In this document: positions 32,630 through 42,927 of the stretch, piece after piece | How the letters are laid out: each line of letters starts with the position of its first letter | How positions within the stretch are numbered: the first letter of the stretch is position 1 | Assembly (NCBI GenBank): GCA_030765785.1 | Contig: JAVCCC010000004.1 | Coordinates: 10,008-74,007 of the forward strand | Source: Candidatus Aceula lacicola | GTDB lineage: Bacteria > Omnitrophota > Gorgyraeia > Zapsychrales > Aceulaceae | Direction: 5' to 3' | DNA: 64,000 nucleotides | Made by a program: the position numbers and the translations under genes | The notes under the pieces: generated by a model | Database searches by the model: none | What the model was told of the DNA's origin: nothing | What the model saw: only the letters and a program-made list of their open reading frames with translations

Positions 32630-33493
32630 TTATTTAGATTTCGGACGCATAAGGCGTCGTATAGCCCAAGAAAAAAGGCTAAAGGGTAAGAATCTTCGAA
32701 GGGCGTAAATAATTTTACTGCTTGTATCGGGAATATTTCTAAATGGAGGTCGATCTAAATTAATTAACTTCTCAATAAGAATCGCCACGTCCTCTGGATC
32801 TCGATTGACAACCTTTATATGATCATTAATCCTCTTCTGAACGCCTTGTGAAAGCTCGTAATAAGGACTTCTCGTGTTAAAAAAGTTCGCAGCACACCGT
32901 CTGTTTTCATGAAAAATTTTTGTTTTATATACTCCTGGTTCAACAAGGCATACATTAATGCCAAAAGGAATTAATTCATAATAAAGGCTCTCAGAAAATC
33001 CTTCCAAAGCCCATTTGCTTGCATTGTATGCACCGAAGCATGGCAATGCATACAACCCTGAAATACTCGAAATGTTAACAATCGTTCCTCTCTTTTGCTC
33101 ACGCATTAAAGGAATAGCTTCACGAGTAACATTCTGAACGCCAAAGAAATTTGTTTCTATTTGTTCTCGAATTTCTTCTTGTGTTAAATCTTCGAAAAAA
33201 CCACCAATGCCATATCCAGCGTTATTAACTAAAACATCAAGACGCCCATATTTTTCTTTGATATGGCGAACAACATCTTTAATCGAATTAATATCCGAAA
33301 CATCAAGACGTAGGACATCTATTTCACCACCTCTTAAAACAGCTTCGCCAACAAGATCATTTTGTTTTGACAAGTTGCGCATTGTTGCAATAACATAGTA
33401 ATCTAAGCTTGCTAATCGTGCTGCAATACGCAATCCAAATCCGCTAGAGCAGCCAGTAATTAAGACAACTTTTTTGTTAGAATTCTCTATCAT
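32630..33493 (-). CDS. Short-chain dehydrogenase/reductase
   Basis: TGCSSGFG, NNAGYG and YNASK motifs. Confidence 0.92.
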   Translation of the reverse strand: MIENSNKKVVLITGCSSGFGLRIAARLASLDYYVIATMRNLSKQNDLVGEAVLRGGEIDVLRLDVSDINSIKDVVRHIKEKYGRLDVLVNNAGYGIGGFFEDLTQEEIREQIETNFFGVQNVTREAIPLMREQKRGTIVNISSISGLYALPCFGAYNASKWALEGFSESLYYELIPFGINVCLVEPGVYKTKIFHENRRCAANFFNTRSPYYELSQGVQKRINDHIKVVNRDPEDVAILIEKLINLDRPPFRNIPDTSSKIIYALRRFLPFSLFSWAIRRLMRPKSK

Positions 33494-33504
33494 ATGACAA
33501 TAAA

Positions 33505-34578
33505 TTATTGTGTTTTTGAAATGCTTTTTTGGATAAGAAGACAGTCAATCATAACAAGCGCAACCATAGCTTCAACAACGACAACCGCTCTTGGACAAAT
33601 ACAAGGATCATGACGCCCTTTGATTTCCATTGTTGTTGGTTTGCCGTCTATAGTTACAGCTTCTTGAGGCTTGGCAATAGAACATGTTGGACGAATAACA
33701 GCACGCAAGACAACATCATTCCCATTAGAGATTCCACCGGAAATCCCCCCAGAATGGTTTGTTCTTGATTTTAATGTTCCATCTTTTAAAGTTGAAATAT
33801 CGTTAAATTCAGATCCTTTCATAATTGCCGACTGAAATCCGTCGCCAATTTCAACACCTTTGATTGCACCAATGGACATGACACCGGAAGCTAGGCGAGC
33901 ATCAAGTTTATCGAAGACTGGATCACCAAGTCCAGCTGGGCAATTCTTGACAACGACTTCAATGACGCCACCGATAGAATCGCCTTCTTCTTTTGCAATT
34001 TTAATACGCTCTGCCATTAGCATTGCAGCCTCTGGGTCTGGACAACGAACAGGGTTTGATTCAATTGCTGCAAAATCAATATTTTTTGCAACAATATCAT
34101 CAATTTGTTTTGTGTATGCTGTTACAGTAATACCATATTCATCGAGCATTTTTTTAGCAACCGCACCAGCAGCAACACGTAATGCTGTTTCTCGACCAGA
34201 AGCACGGCCTCCTCCTCGCCAATCACGAATGCCATATTTTCTCAAATATGCGTAATCTGCATGACCAGGACGAAGAATATTTTTTAAATCTTCATAATCT
34301 TTTGGATTCGCATCTGTATTTCGAATTAAAAGACCAATTGGCGTTCCAGTTGTTTTTCCATCTAACATTCCAGATAAAATTTCAACCTCGTCCGCTTCTT
34401 TGCGTTGCGTCGTTAAAGAGCTTTGACCAGGGCGCCGTCTGTTAAGTTCGATTTGAATATCTTCCTTACTCAACGGCATCCCAGGCCGCACTCCATCAAT
34501 AACAGCACCAATCGCAGGACCGTGGCTTTCCCCAAAGGTGGTTACTGTAAATAGCTTTCCAAAAGTATTGCCTGACAT
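33505..34578 (-). CDS. aroC: Chorismate synthase
   Basis: MSGNTFG, GESHG, RPGHAD, GGRASGRET and GRHDPC motifs. Confidence 0.95.
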   Translation of the reverse strand: MSGNTFGKLFTVTTFGESHGPAIGAVIDGVRPGMPLSKEDIQIELNRRRPGQSSLTTQRKEADEVEILSGMLDGKTTGTPIGLLIRNTDANPKDYEDLKNILRPGHADYAYLRKYGIRDWRGGGRASGRETALRVAAGAVAKKMLDEYGITVTAYTKQIDDIVAKNIDFAAIESNPVRCPDPEAAMLMAERIKIAKEEGDSIGGVIEVVVKNCPAGLGDPVFDKLDARLASGVMSIGAIKGVEIGDGFQSAIMKGSEFNDISTLKDGTLKSRTNHSGGISGGISNGNDVVLRAVIRPTCSIAKPQEAVTIDGKPTTMEIKGRHDPCICPRAVVVVEAMVALVMIDCLLIQKSISKTQ

Positions 34579-34579
34579 A

Positions 34580-35191
34580 TTAAATCCAAGCCCTTTCTTC
34601 TGACAATTTATCTTCGTAATTCTCAATAAGATCAATAAATTGCTGTGTCCATCCAATACTGTCCAATCCTTTGATTAAACAATCTTTGGCGAACGGATCA
34701 ATCTCAAATGAATATTTTTTCCCATCAGAAGTGTTAACTTCCTGATTCGGTAAATCTGCAGTTATTTTAGCATTGTCATTGCCTAAAGCAAAGCGGAATA
34801 ATTCATCAACTTGCTCTTGTGACAATTTAACTAGTAAAATGCCATTTCTAAGACAATTGTTGTAAAAAATATCTGCAAAACTCGGAGCAATGATCACCTT
34901 AAATCCAAAGTCAGATAATGCCCAAGGAGCGTGCTCTCGACTAGATCCGCATCCAAAGTTGTCGCGTGCAAGCAAAATCGTTGCCTTGCGATAAGCGTCT
35001 TTGTTCAAAATAAAATCTAAATTTTCTTTTGTTCCAGCATCATCTAAATAACGCCAATCATGAAAAAGATGTTTTCCAAAACCAGTTCTCTCAACTTTTT
35101 TCAAAAACTGTTTTGGAATAATCGCATCTGTGTCAATGTTAGCACGATCAATTGATGCAACAATTCCAGAATGTATTGTTATCGGTTCCAT
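34580..35191 (-). CDS. leuD: 3-isopropylmalate dehydratase small subunit
   Basis: [13 protein letters not shown] and [11 protein letters not shown] motifs. Confidence 0.95.
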   Translation of the reverse strand: MEPITIHSGIVASIDRANIDTDAIIPKQFLKKVERTGFGKHLFHDWRYLDDAGTKENLDFILNKDAYRKATILLARDNFGCGSSREHAPWALSDFGFKVIIAPSFADIFYNNCLRNGILLVKLSQEQVDELFRFALGNDNAKITADLPNQEVNTSDGKKYSFEIDPFAKDCLIKGLDSIGWTQQFIDLIENYEDKLSEERAWI

Positions 35192-36588
35192 TAAAAATCC
35201 CTAATATCTGAGATATGTCCTTTAATAGCCGCTAAAGCAGCCATTTCAGGCCCTACAAGATGTGTTCTTCCGCCTTTTCCTTGGCGCCCTTCAAAATTAC
35301 GATTGCTTGTTGAAGCGCATCGCTCGCCCTCAGACAACTTATCTTCATTCATAGCTAGGCACATTGAGCATCCTGGTTCTCTCCATTCAAAACCAGCTTG
35401 CTTAAAAATAACATCTAGTCCTTCTTTTTCAGCTTGACGCTTTACTCGCCCAGAACCTGGCACAACCAAAGCTCGAACATTCTCAGAAACTTTATTTCCT
35501 TTAGCAATTGTAGCGGCTGCTCTTAAATCTTCAATGCGCCCGTTTGTACAAGATCCAATAAAAACAGTGTCGATCTTAATTGATTGAATTGGCGTCCCCG
35601 GCTTTAAATCCATATAGGCTAATGCTTTTTTAGCCGCTTCACTTTTAACAGAATCCTTGAATCCGCTTGGATCAGGTACATCTTCGTCAACACCAGCAAC
35701 TTGCTCTGGAGAAGTTCCCCATGTCACCTGCGGGGCTATCTTGCTTGCATCAATTTCTATAACTTTATCGAATTTTGCATCTGCATCACTTTCTAAAGTC
35801 TGCCACCATTTAACAGCTTTATCCCAATCTTCGCCCTTTGGTGCAAAATCTTTACCATTCAAATACTCAAAAGTAACATCATCAGGAGCAATCATTCCAG
35901 CTCTGCCTCCTGCTTCAATCGTCATATTGCAAATCGTCATGCGCCCTTCCATCGAAAGACCTTTAATGGCATCGCCTGCATATTCAATCACATATCCAGT
36001 TGCACCGTCTGTTCCAATTTGACCAATAATATATAAAATCAAATCTTTTGGCGTAATATCTTTTGATAATGTGCCGTTAATCTTAATCAACATGGTTTTT
36101 GATAAATTTTGTTGCAATGTTTGTGTTGCTAAAACATGCTCGACTTCAGATGTTCCAATTCCAAACGCCAAAGAACCAAAGGCTCCGTGTGTTGCTGTAT
36201 GTGAATCTCCGCAAACAATAACCATCCCAGGCAAAGTAAAGCCTAACTCTGGCCCAACAATGTGAACAACGCCTTGATCTGGATGCATAAAATCTAACAA
36301 TTTAACACCAAATTCCTTACAGTTGCGTTCTAATGCTTCCATTTGGATTCTTGATATTTCATCAGCAAATGATAAATCCTTAGCATTCGTAGGTACATTG
36401 TGATCCATTGTTGCGCATGTTCTTTTTGGATGGCGAACTTTTCGCTGTTTTAAGCGCAATCCTTCAAAAGCCTGAGGAGACGTGACCTCATGCAACAAAT
36501 GACGATCCACGTAAATGATTGTGGCATCATTTTTTCCTTCGCGCACAACATGTGCATCCCAAATTTTTTGATAAAGTGTTTTTCCCAT
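35191..36588 (-). CDS. leuC: 3-isopropylmalate dehydratase large subunit
   Basis: [29 protein letters not shown] and [12 protein letters not shown] motifs. Confidence 0.95.
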   Translation of the reverse strand: MGKTLYQKIWDAHVVREGKNDATIIYVDRHLLHEVTSPQAFEGLRLKQRKVRHPKRTCATMDHNVPTNAKDLSFADEISRIQMEALERNCKEFGVKLLDFMHPDQGVVHIVGPELGFTLPGMVIVCGDSHTATHGAFGSLAFGIGTSEVEHVLATQTLQQNLSKTMLIKINGTLSKDITPKDLILYIIGQIGTDGATGYVIEYAGDAIKGLSMEGRMTICNMTIEAGGRAGMIAPDDVTFEYLNGKDFAPKGEDWDKAVKWWQTLESDADAKFDKVIEIDASKIAPQVTWGTSPEQVAGVDEDVPDPSGFKDSVKSEAAKKALAYMDLKPGTPIQSIKIDTVFIGSCTNGRIEDLRAAATIAKGNKVSENVRALVVPGSGRVKRQAEKEGLDVIFKQAGFEWREPGCSMCLAMNEDKLSEGERCASTSNRNFEGRQGKGGRTHLVGPEMAALAAIKGHISDIRDF

Positions 36589-36680
36589 AATATATTTACC
36601 GACTTATATATTTTAATTAAGCCACTAATTTAACATAGAGTATTCGTGGATTCAAGTGTTTTCTAGGAGAGACACACTAT

Positions 36681-36890
36681 CTAGAGGTGCTTTTCTTTTT
36701 GATAAACTTCAATAAAGTATTCTATTGATCGGTCGAAAGTCTTCTCTGCATCATTTGGAAAATAACATGCCGGCAGAGCTCCTTTGTTTCGATGATAACG
36801 AACACATTCGCAACAAATACCCATTTTTTCACATGACCCATAGCTACAATTGCAATCTTGAAGATTTTTTTCTTTATTCGGGCAATTCAT
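36681..36890 (-). CDS. Small Cys-rich protein (DUF6485-like)
   Basis: CNCSY, C...GICCEC..YH and LPACYF motifs; ATGA coupling to the upstream gene. Confidence 0.75.
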   Translation of the reverse strand: MNCPNKEKNLQDCNCSYGSCEKMGICCECVRYHRNKGALPACYFPNDAEKTFDRSIEYFIEVYQKEKHL

Positions 36891-37306
36891 TGAGAAATCT
36901 CCTTTAATTCATTTAATAATGATTCAAAAGTATCTTTTTTTGTTGATACAATTTCTCCTTGATTTAACGACCTTCTGATCGTATCAACAATATTAAGATA
37001 ATTGCGCTCTGCTCGTGCAAACTCATCGACAACATCTTGTGAAACATAAGTTGGACCGACAGCTTTTAGAAGTCGAGCGGCATCACCATAAAGCTTTGCC
37101 GCTTCCAGGTAAAGGTTAACGCACATTTGAGCGCTTTGCCGATCTGGCTTTACCTTCATCAGATCTTGAGCGTAAGCAACAGCGTGTTGAGCTTTTTGGA
37201 TATTGCTAAAAGCTTTTAATTGAAGTTCATCTAAATTATTCTCAGCCACAGCTGACGCTGTGCACATTAGAGAGAAGCCAAGAATAAAAACAATTTTTTT
37301 AAACAT
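36887..37306 (-). CDS. Secreted alpha-helical hypothetical protein
   Basis: Signal peptide [21 protein letters not shown]; GGAG RBS. Confidence 0.75.
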   Translation of the reverse strand: MFKKIVFILGFSLMCTASAVAENNLDELQLKAFSNIQKAQHAVAYAQDLMKVKPDRQSAQMCVNLYLEAAKLYGDAARLLKAVGPTYVSQDVVDEFARAERNYLNIVDTIRRSLNQGEIVSTKKDTFESLLNELKEISQ

Positions 37307-37375
37307 TTATACTCCAAGAATTAAGACAAGACGAATCCCTTGTCTCTTAGTTTTTTAAGCACGAGAATTATGATA

Positions 37376-37645
37376 TCAACTATTTGATGAAACAATTGTA
37401 TACGGCGGATTTGTTTTTGCCGGCATTGTCAAAACAACTGAAATCTCAAAATTTTCTACTTGAAAAATAAGCCGTGGATAAAAGAACATGTATCGACCCA
37501 TTCGACCGTTTCGCTTAAGACGCTCCTCTTGAAAAACTTTTTTATGCCTAAGATAAAAAGATAGAAAGTAAATAGTTATTCCACCTACAAAAACAGCGCA
37601 AATCAAAATTGCCATATATAAATTTACTTCTCCGCATGTTGACAT
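37376..37645 (-). CDS. Small membrane-anchored hypothetical protein, possibly truncated
   Basis: GAGG upstream; single N-terminal TM segment; in the same orientation as its neighbours. Confidence 0.5.
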   Translation of the reverse strand: MSTCGEVNLYMAILICAVFVGGITIYFLSFYLRHKKVFQEERLKRNGRMGRYMFFYPRLIFQVENFEISVVLTMPAKTNPPYTIVSSNS

Positions 37646-37676
37646 TCTTGCGCCCTCTCTTTAAAAAACTTTTTTG

Positions 37677-37904
37677 TTATTTCTTCAAAGCACGTTTTCT
37701 AGCGCGCTTGATCGCAAGACTAATCTTGCGCTTTGTGGCCGCAGAATGCTTTTTGCCATACATTGGATTCTTTTTACCACTTACACTTTTAGAAATCTTT
37801 TCTTTTGAAGATTTCTTATGTTTTTTTCCATAAAAAGAATTCTTTTTTCCTTTTTGGGCTAAACTAATCTTACGCTTTGTTGCAGGTGTTTGTTTTTTTG
37901 GCAC
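37677..37904 (-). CDS. Stand-alone NUMOD3-repeat basic DNA-binding protein
   Basis: GGAGG-6nt-GTG start; repeats TKRKISLA, N(S/P)(F/M)YGKKH and KEKISKS; no nuclease domain. Confidence 0.8.
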   Translation of the reverse strand: MPKKQTPATKRKISLAQKGKKNSFYGKKHKKSSKEKISKSVSGKKNPMYGKKHSAATKRKISLAIKRARKRALKK

Positions 37905-37927
37905 AACATACCTCCCTTTTAAAGATT

Positions 37928-40567
37928 TTAAACAAATTGTCTTAAAACAGTTTGAAGAATTCCACCGTTTCGATAATAATCAATATCAACTTTTGTATCT
38001 AGGCGTAGCTTGACATAAAATTCTTTTTTTGTCCCCGATCCTAGACGTGCAACAACTTTAAGACTTTGCTGAGGTTTAATTTTATCATTGAATCCAATGA
38101 AATCAAAGATTTCGTTACCTTTAAGCCCGAGCGTTTTACAGGATTGTCCTTTTTTGAATTCTAGAGGCAGAACTCCCATTCCAACAAGATTGCTTCGATG
38201 AATGCGCTCATAGCTTTGAGCAATAACAGCCTTAACTCCTAAAAGCGCTGTTCCTTTAGCCGCCCAATCTCGAGAAGAACCAGTTCCGTATTCTTTACCA
38301 GCTAAAATAATGAGCGGCGTTTTATCCTTTTTATATTTAAGCGCTGCTGAATAAATATCCATCCTCTTTTTTGACGGAAGATAAATAGTTTGAGACCCTT
38401 CCGCTCCAGGAACCAATAGATTCCTAAGTCGAATATTAGCAAATGTTCCTCGCGTCATAACCTGATCATTTCCTCGACGAGAACCGTAACTATTAAAATC
38501 GCCTGGTTTTATCTTCTTGCTTTGTAGAAATTTTCCTGCGGGGCTTGTTTGCGCAATTGCACCGGCTGGCGAAATATGATCCGTCGTGATCGAATCACCA
38601 AAAATAGCCAAGGGGCGAGCATCTTTAATCTCTTCGATGTGACCAGCCTCTTTTTGCATGCCAACAAAAAACGGTGGATGCTGAATATATGTGCTCTTAT
38701 TTCTCCACGGATAAAGATCAGCTTTTTTTGTTTTAATCTTTTTCCATTCCTTTGTTCCTTTTGTTATATTCATATATTGGTCAGTAAACATCTTTGGCTG
38801 AACAGACTTTTTAATCACGGACTCAATTTCAACGTTTGTTGGCCAAATATCGCTTAAATAAACGTCCTCTCCTTTTTTATTTTTTCCAAGAGGTTCTTTC
38901 GTTAGGTCAACACAAACATTTCCAGCAATAGCATACGCGACAACCAAAGCAGGACTTGCTAAATAATTTGCCTTAACCCAAGGACTAATGCGTCCTTCAA
39001 AATTTCGATTTCCGCTTAAAACGCTTGCGACTGTTAATTTCTTACTTTTAATTTGCTTCGTAATCTTTTCTGCCAACGGGCCGCTATTCCCAATGCATGT
39101 CATGCAGCCATACCCTGCAAGATGAAAACCAAGCTTTTCTAAATATGGAACTAATCCAGCTTTTTTTAGATATTCCATGACGACACGCGATCCTGGAGCC
39201 AAGCTTGTTTTAACAAAAGGCTTTACTTTAAGCCCAGCTTTGACAGCATTTTCTGCAAGCAGCCCAGCTCCAATTAAAACAGATGGATCTGATGTATTCG
39301 TACAGCTCGTGATCGATGCAATAATAACAGAACCATTTGTTAAAATATTTGTATTTTTAGGTGCAAAAAAAGTTTTTTCAAACTCTGATTTCATTTTAGC
39401 TAAAACAATACGATCTTGTGGTCGCTTCGGCCCAGCTAAACTTAAATGAATGGTGCTTAAATCAATCTCTACCGTTTCTGTATATTTAGGCGGCTTTATT
39501 CCTTTTTTGTAAAACATGCCCTGAAGCTTAAAATATCTTTTTATAAGATCGATTTGTGTTTTTGTCCGTCCCGTTTTTTGATAATATTCAAGCGTTTTAG
39601 AATCGATTGGAAATATTCCCATGGTAGCTCCATATTCTGGAGACATATTAGAAATCATAGCGCGATTGGCAAGCGTTAAGCTCTCCAATCCTTCACCGAA
39701 ATATTCAACAAATTTTCCAACAACACCAACTTTACGAAGTTTTTCAACAATCGTTAAAACGAGATCTGTAGGCGTCACTCCATTGCGAAGCTTTCCTTTA
39801 AGATGAAAACCAACCACCTCTGGCAAAAGCATATTAAGCGGCTCGCCTAACATAACGGCTTCTGCTTCAATGCCTCCAACGCCCCATCCCGCAATGCCAA
39901 GACCATTTATCATCGTCGTATGACTATCTGTTCCGATCAAACTATCAGGATATAAAGTTTTGTTTTTGCCTTTGCCCTGTGCTAAAACACCTTCAGCTAA
40001 ATACTCAAGGTTGATCTGATGGATAATGCCAGTCGCAGGTGGAATCACACGGAAATTTTTAAATGCCTGTTGCCCCCACTTTAAGAATTCGTATCGTTCT
40101 TTGTTACGCTTAAATTCTCTGGTGAGATTCTTTTGAAAGGCATCTTTTGTACCAGCATAATCAACTTGAACAGAATGATCAATAATCAAATCACATTGGA
40201 CCTGAGGATTAATTTTTTTATAGTCACCACCTAAATTCTTTACAGCATTACGCATCGCCGCTAAATCAACAACGCATGGAACGCCTGTGAAATCTTGCAA
40301 AATAACACGTCCTGGCTTAAAAGCAATCTCCGGCAAAACTTTTGCTTTTGGTGACCAAGCTGCAATCTTTCGCACATCCTCAGAAGTAACTTTGTATTCA
40401 TCGCAATTTCGAAGTGCGCTTTCTAATAAAATCTTTATCGAAAACGGAAGCCGATTGACGTTAGAAAGGCCAAACTTTTTTAATTTTGAAATTTGAAAAA
40501 TACAATATGACCCAGATTTTGTTTTGAGAGTTGTTTTAATATGGTTTAAATCAATTATTTTGTTCAC
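37928..40567 (-). CDS. acnA: Aconitate hydratase A
   Basis: LQDFTGVP, DSHTTM, ITSCTNTS, GCMTCIGNSG, TTDHISPAG and GSSRDWAAKG motifs. Confidence 0.95.
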   Translation of the reverse strand: MNKIIDLNHIKTTLKTKSGSYCIFQISKLKKFGLSNVNRLPFSIKILLESALRNCDEYKVTSEDVRKIAAWSPKAKVLPEIAFKPGRVILQDFTGVPCVVDLAAMRNAVKNLGGDYKKINPQVQCDLIIDHSVQVDYAGTKDAFQKNLTREFKRNKERYEFLKWGQQAFKNFRVIPPATGIIHQINLEYLAEGVLAQGKGKNKTLYPDSLIGTDSHTTMINGLGIAGWGVGGIEAEAVMLGEPLNMLLPEVVGFHLKGKLRNGVTPTDLVLTIVEKLRKVGVVGKFVEYFGEGLESLTLANRAMISNMSPEYGATMGIFPIDSKTLEYYQKTGRTKTQIDLIKRYFKLQGMFYKKGIKPPKYTETVEIDLSTIHLSLAGPKRPQDRIVLAKMKSEFEKTFFAPKNTNILTNGSVIIASITSCTNTSDPSVLIGAGLLAENAVKAGLKVKPFVKTSLAPGSRVVMEYLKKAGLVPYLEKLGFHLAGYGCMTCIGNSGPLAEKITKQIKSKKLTVASVLSGNRNFEGRISPWVKANYLASPALVVAYAIAGNVCVDLTKEPLGKNKKGEDVYLSDIWPTNVEIESVIKKSVQPKMFTDQYMNITKGTKEWKKIKTKKADLYPWRNKSTYIQHPPFFVGMQKEAGHIEEIKDARPLAIFGDSITTDHISPAGAIAQTSPAGKFLQSKKIKPGDFNSYGSRRGNDQVMTRGTFANIRLRNLLVPGAEGSQTIYLPSKKRMDIYSAALKYKKDKTPLIILAGKEYGTGSSRDWAAKGTALLGVKAVIAQSYERIHRSNLVGMGVLPLEFKKGQSCKTLGLKGNEIFDFIGFNDKIKPQQSLKVVARLGSGTKKEFYVKLRLDTKVDIDYYRNGGILQTVLRQFV

Positions 40568-40799
40568 CTAAAACTCCTTATATCTTTAAACTATTATTTT
40601 TGATAGAATTATAGAACGAAATCTTGATTATGTACATAGGCTTGTTAAATTTTTAAATTAGTAAAAATTTTATCATATTGGTCTTTTCTATAAAAAGTTC
40701 AAAGAAAACCAATCTTAACACCTTTGTTTTTCAAAAAAAGACCAGAATATTCTGATTTCTTTAAAATTTTAATGAAACAAAGGTCAATAAAATAAAGAT

Positions 40800-41054
40800 A
40801 TGGCTAGCGTTATTACAAAAGGTTGCACGAAATGTAAAAAGTGCGTTGAGCCCTGCCCTGTGGATGCATTTCATGAAGATGCCGATACTTTGGTGATTAA
40901 TCCTGAGACCTGTATCGATTGTGGGGCCTGCATTCCAGCCTGCCCTGTTGGCATCATCTATGCTGAAGAAGATTTGCCAGATAATCTTAAGAATTTTAAG
41001 GATATCAATCTAGAAAAATCAAAAACCCTGCCAATCATTTCTGAAAATAATTAA
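40800..41054 (+). CDS. Dicluster ferredoxin
   Basis: CTKCKKCVEPCP and CIDCGACIPACP motifs. Confidence 0.9.
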   Translation: MASVITKGCTKCKKCVEPCPVDAFHEDADTLVINPETCIDCGACIPACPVGIIYAEEDLPDNLKNFKDINLEKSKTLPIISENN

Positions 41055-41069
41055 ATACTTTTTCATATC

Positions 41070-41834
41070 CTACTTGATTTCAATTCCAATCGGACAATGG
41101 TCAGAGCCTAAAACATCTTTAAAAATAAAAGACGATTTAACTTTTGGCAGAAACTCTTCGTTTACAAAAAAATAGTCTAGTCGCCAGCCAACATTGCGTG
41201 TGCGTGCCGCTGTCTTATAATCCCAGTATGTGTAGTGACCAGATTCATGAGGGTAAAACTGACGGAATGTGTCTACGTAACCTTCTTTAGTAAACTTTGT
41301 GATCCAAGCTCGTTCCTCTGGCAAAAAACCGGTATTTTCTTGATTATTCTTTGGTCGAGCCAAATCAATTTCTGTATGCGCGGTATTAACATCACCACAA
41401 ATAACGACATTCTTACCTTTTTTTTGAAACGATTTGACCACCTTTAAAAATTGATCATAAAATTTCATCTTATAAGGAACGCGCTTGTTGCCTGCTCCAC
41501 CATTGGGAAAATAGATATTAAACAAAACAAATTCTCCAAAATCTAAAATTAAATTTCTTCCTTCGCAATCAAATTCTTTTTTTCCTATCTTTGTCGAAAT
41601 GTTTTCAGGTTCTTTTTTAGCAAAGACGGCGACACCGCTATAGCCTTTTTTTTCGCCTGCAGACCAAAACGTTTTATATTGATTCGGTTTTAAAAGATTG
41701 TCAGTCAATTGCTCAGGATGACATTTTGTCTCTTGGACACATAAAATATCTGGATTCTCTTTATTGAGCCAGCCTAAAAAACCTTTTTTTTCAATCGCAC
41801 GAATGCCGTTCACATTCCAGCTTATAATTTTCAC
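41070..41834 (-). CDS. xth: Exodeoxyribonuclease III / AP endonuclease
   Basis: SWNVNGIR, VQETK, GYSGV, GDVN, GWRLDY and SDHCP motifs; GTG start overlaps the upstream TGA. Confidence 0.93.
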   Translation of the reverse strand: MKIISWNVNGIRAIEKKGFLGWLNKENPDILCVQETKCHPEQLTDNLLKPNQYKTFWSAGEKKGYSGVAVFAKKEPENISTKIGKKEFDCEGRNLILDFGEFVLFNIYFPNGGAGNKRVPYKMKFYDQFLKVVKSFQKKGKNVVICGDVNTAHTEIDLARPKNNQENTGFLPEERAWITKFTKEGYVDTFRQFYPHESGHYTYWDYKTAARTRNVGWRLDYFFVNEEFLPKVKSSFIFKDVLGSDHCPIGIEIK

Positions 41835-42913
41835 GATGATTCTTCTCCGAGCTTTACAGAAACGCAGCGGGATCCCCACGCTCCTGGCTTTTGATCAAAG
41901 AAACCCGCACAGGATGCATGGCAACTGTCACATTTATTATTAATTAGATGATACTGTTTGATTTCATAGCGTGAGCGTTCAATTACGTTCTGATGACAAG
42001 TGGAACAATAAGTTGTCGAGCCTTCATCGTCTTCAATATTGCCCGTGTATACATGCTGCATCCCTTTTTGCAACGCAATTTGACGTGCCTTTAACAAAGT
42101 CTGCTTTGGAGTCGGATTATAATTCATCATCTGAAAATTTGGATGAAATGCGCTGAAATGAATTGGCACTTCTCTTCCAAGATTTTCAACAATCCAATTG
42201 CAAATATTCTTTAAATCGTCATCCGAATCATTTTCACCCGGAATAATTAAATTTGTAATCTCAAGCCATACGTTCGTCTTTTCTTTTATAAAAATTAAAG
42301 TATCCAATACAGGCTTGAGCTCTGCCAACACAAGCCGCTTATAAAAGCTTTCATTAATTGATTTTAAATCGACATTAGCAGCATCCATGCTCTCAAAGAA
42401 TTCTTTTCTTGCCTCATTCGATATATATCCTGCGGTAACCGCAATTGTTTTAATACCCTTTAATCGGCATTCTTTAGCGGTGTCAATAGCATACTCTGCA
42501 AAAATAACTGGGTCGTTATAAGTAAATGCAACTGATTTTACTCCTACTTTTTTAGCCGTCTCAGCAATCATCATTGGCGTTGCCCTTTCCGAAAGACAAT
42601 CAAATTCTTTCGACCTTGATATATTCCAATTCTGACAAAACTTACATCCCATATTACATCCAGCTGTTCCGAATGACAAAACGCTTGTCCCTGGGTAAAA
42701 ATGGTACAGGGGTTTCTTTTCAATTGGGTCAATGCAAAATCCGCTTGAACGTCCATAGGTTGTCAGAATAAGCTCCCCGCCAATATTTTGACGCACAAAA
42801 CAAAAACCCCGCTTATTTTCAAGGATAAGGCAGAGACGGGGACAAAGATAACACTGAACACTACCTTCCTTCAATTTTTTCCACCAACGTGCTTGATAAT
42901 TATTATTTAACAT
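41831..42913 (-). CDS. amrS: AmmeMemoRadiSam system radical SAM enzyme
   Basis: CYLCPRLC, DPIEKKPLYHF, GCNMGCKFCQN, FTYNDP and VYTGN motifs. Confidence 0.88.
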   Translation of the reverse strand: MLNNNYQARWWKKLKEGSVQCYLCPRLCLILENKRGFCFVRQNIGGELILTTYGRSSGFCIDPIEKKPLYHFYPGTSVLSFGTAGCNMGCKFCQNWNISRSKEFDCLSERATPMMIAETAKKVGVKSVAFTYNDPVIFAEYAIDTAKECRLKGIKTIAVTAGYISNEARKEFFESMDAANVDLKSINESFYKRLVLAELKPVLDTLIFIKEKTNVWLEITNLIIPGENDSDDDLKNICNWIVENLGREVPIHFSAFHPNFQMMNYNPTPKQTLLKARQIALQKGMQHVYTGNIEDDEGSTTYCSTCHQNVIERSRYEIKQYHLINNKCDSCHASCAGFFDQKPGAWGSRCVSVKLGEESS

Positions 42914-42927
42914 ACGAAAGGAAATTT

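Noticed and set aside
37376-37378. TGA readthrough (selenocysteine or recoding) suggested by the downstream hairpin
   Set aside because: An in-frame TAA follows six codons later, there is no redox motif, and TGA serves as a normal stop elsewhere in the window.
37677-37904. Group I intron or mobile homing endonuclease
   Set aside because: There is no nuclease domain, the flanking genes are intact, and there is no room for an intron core.
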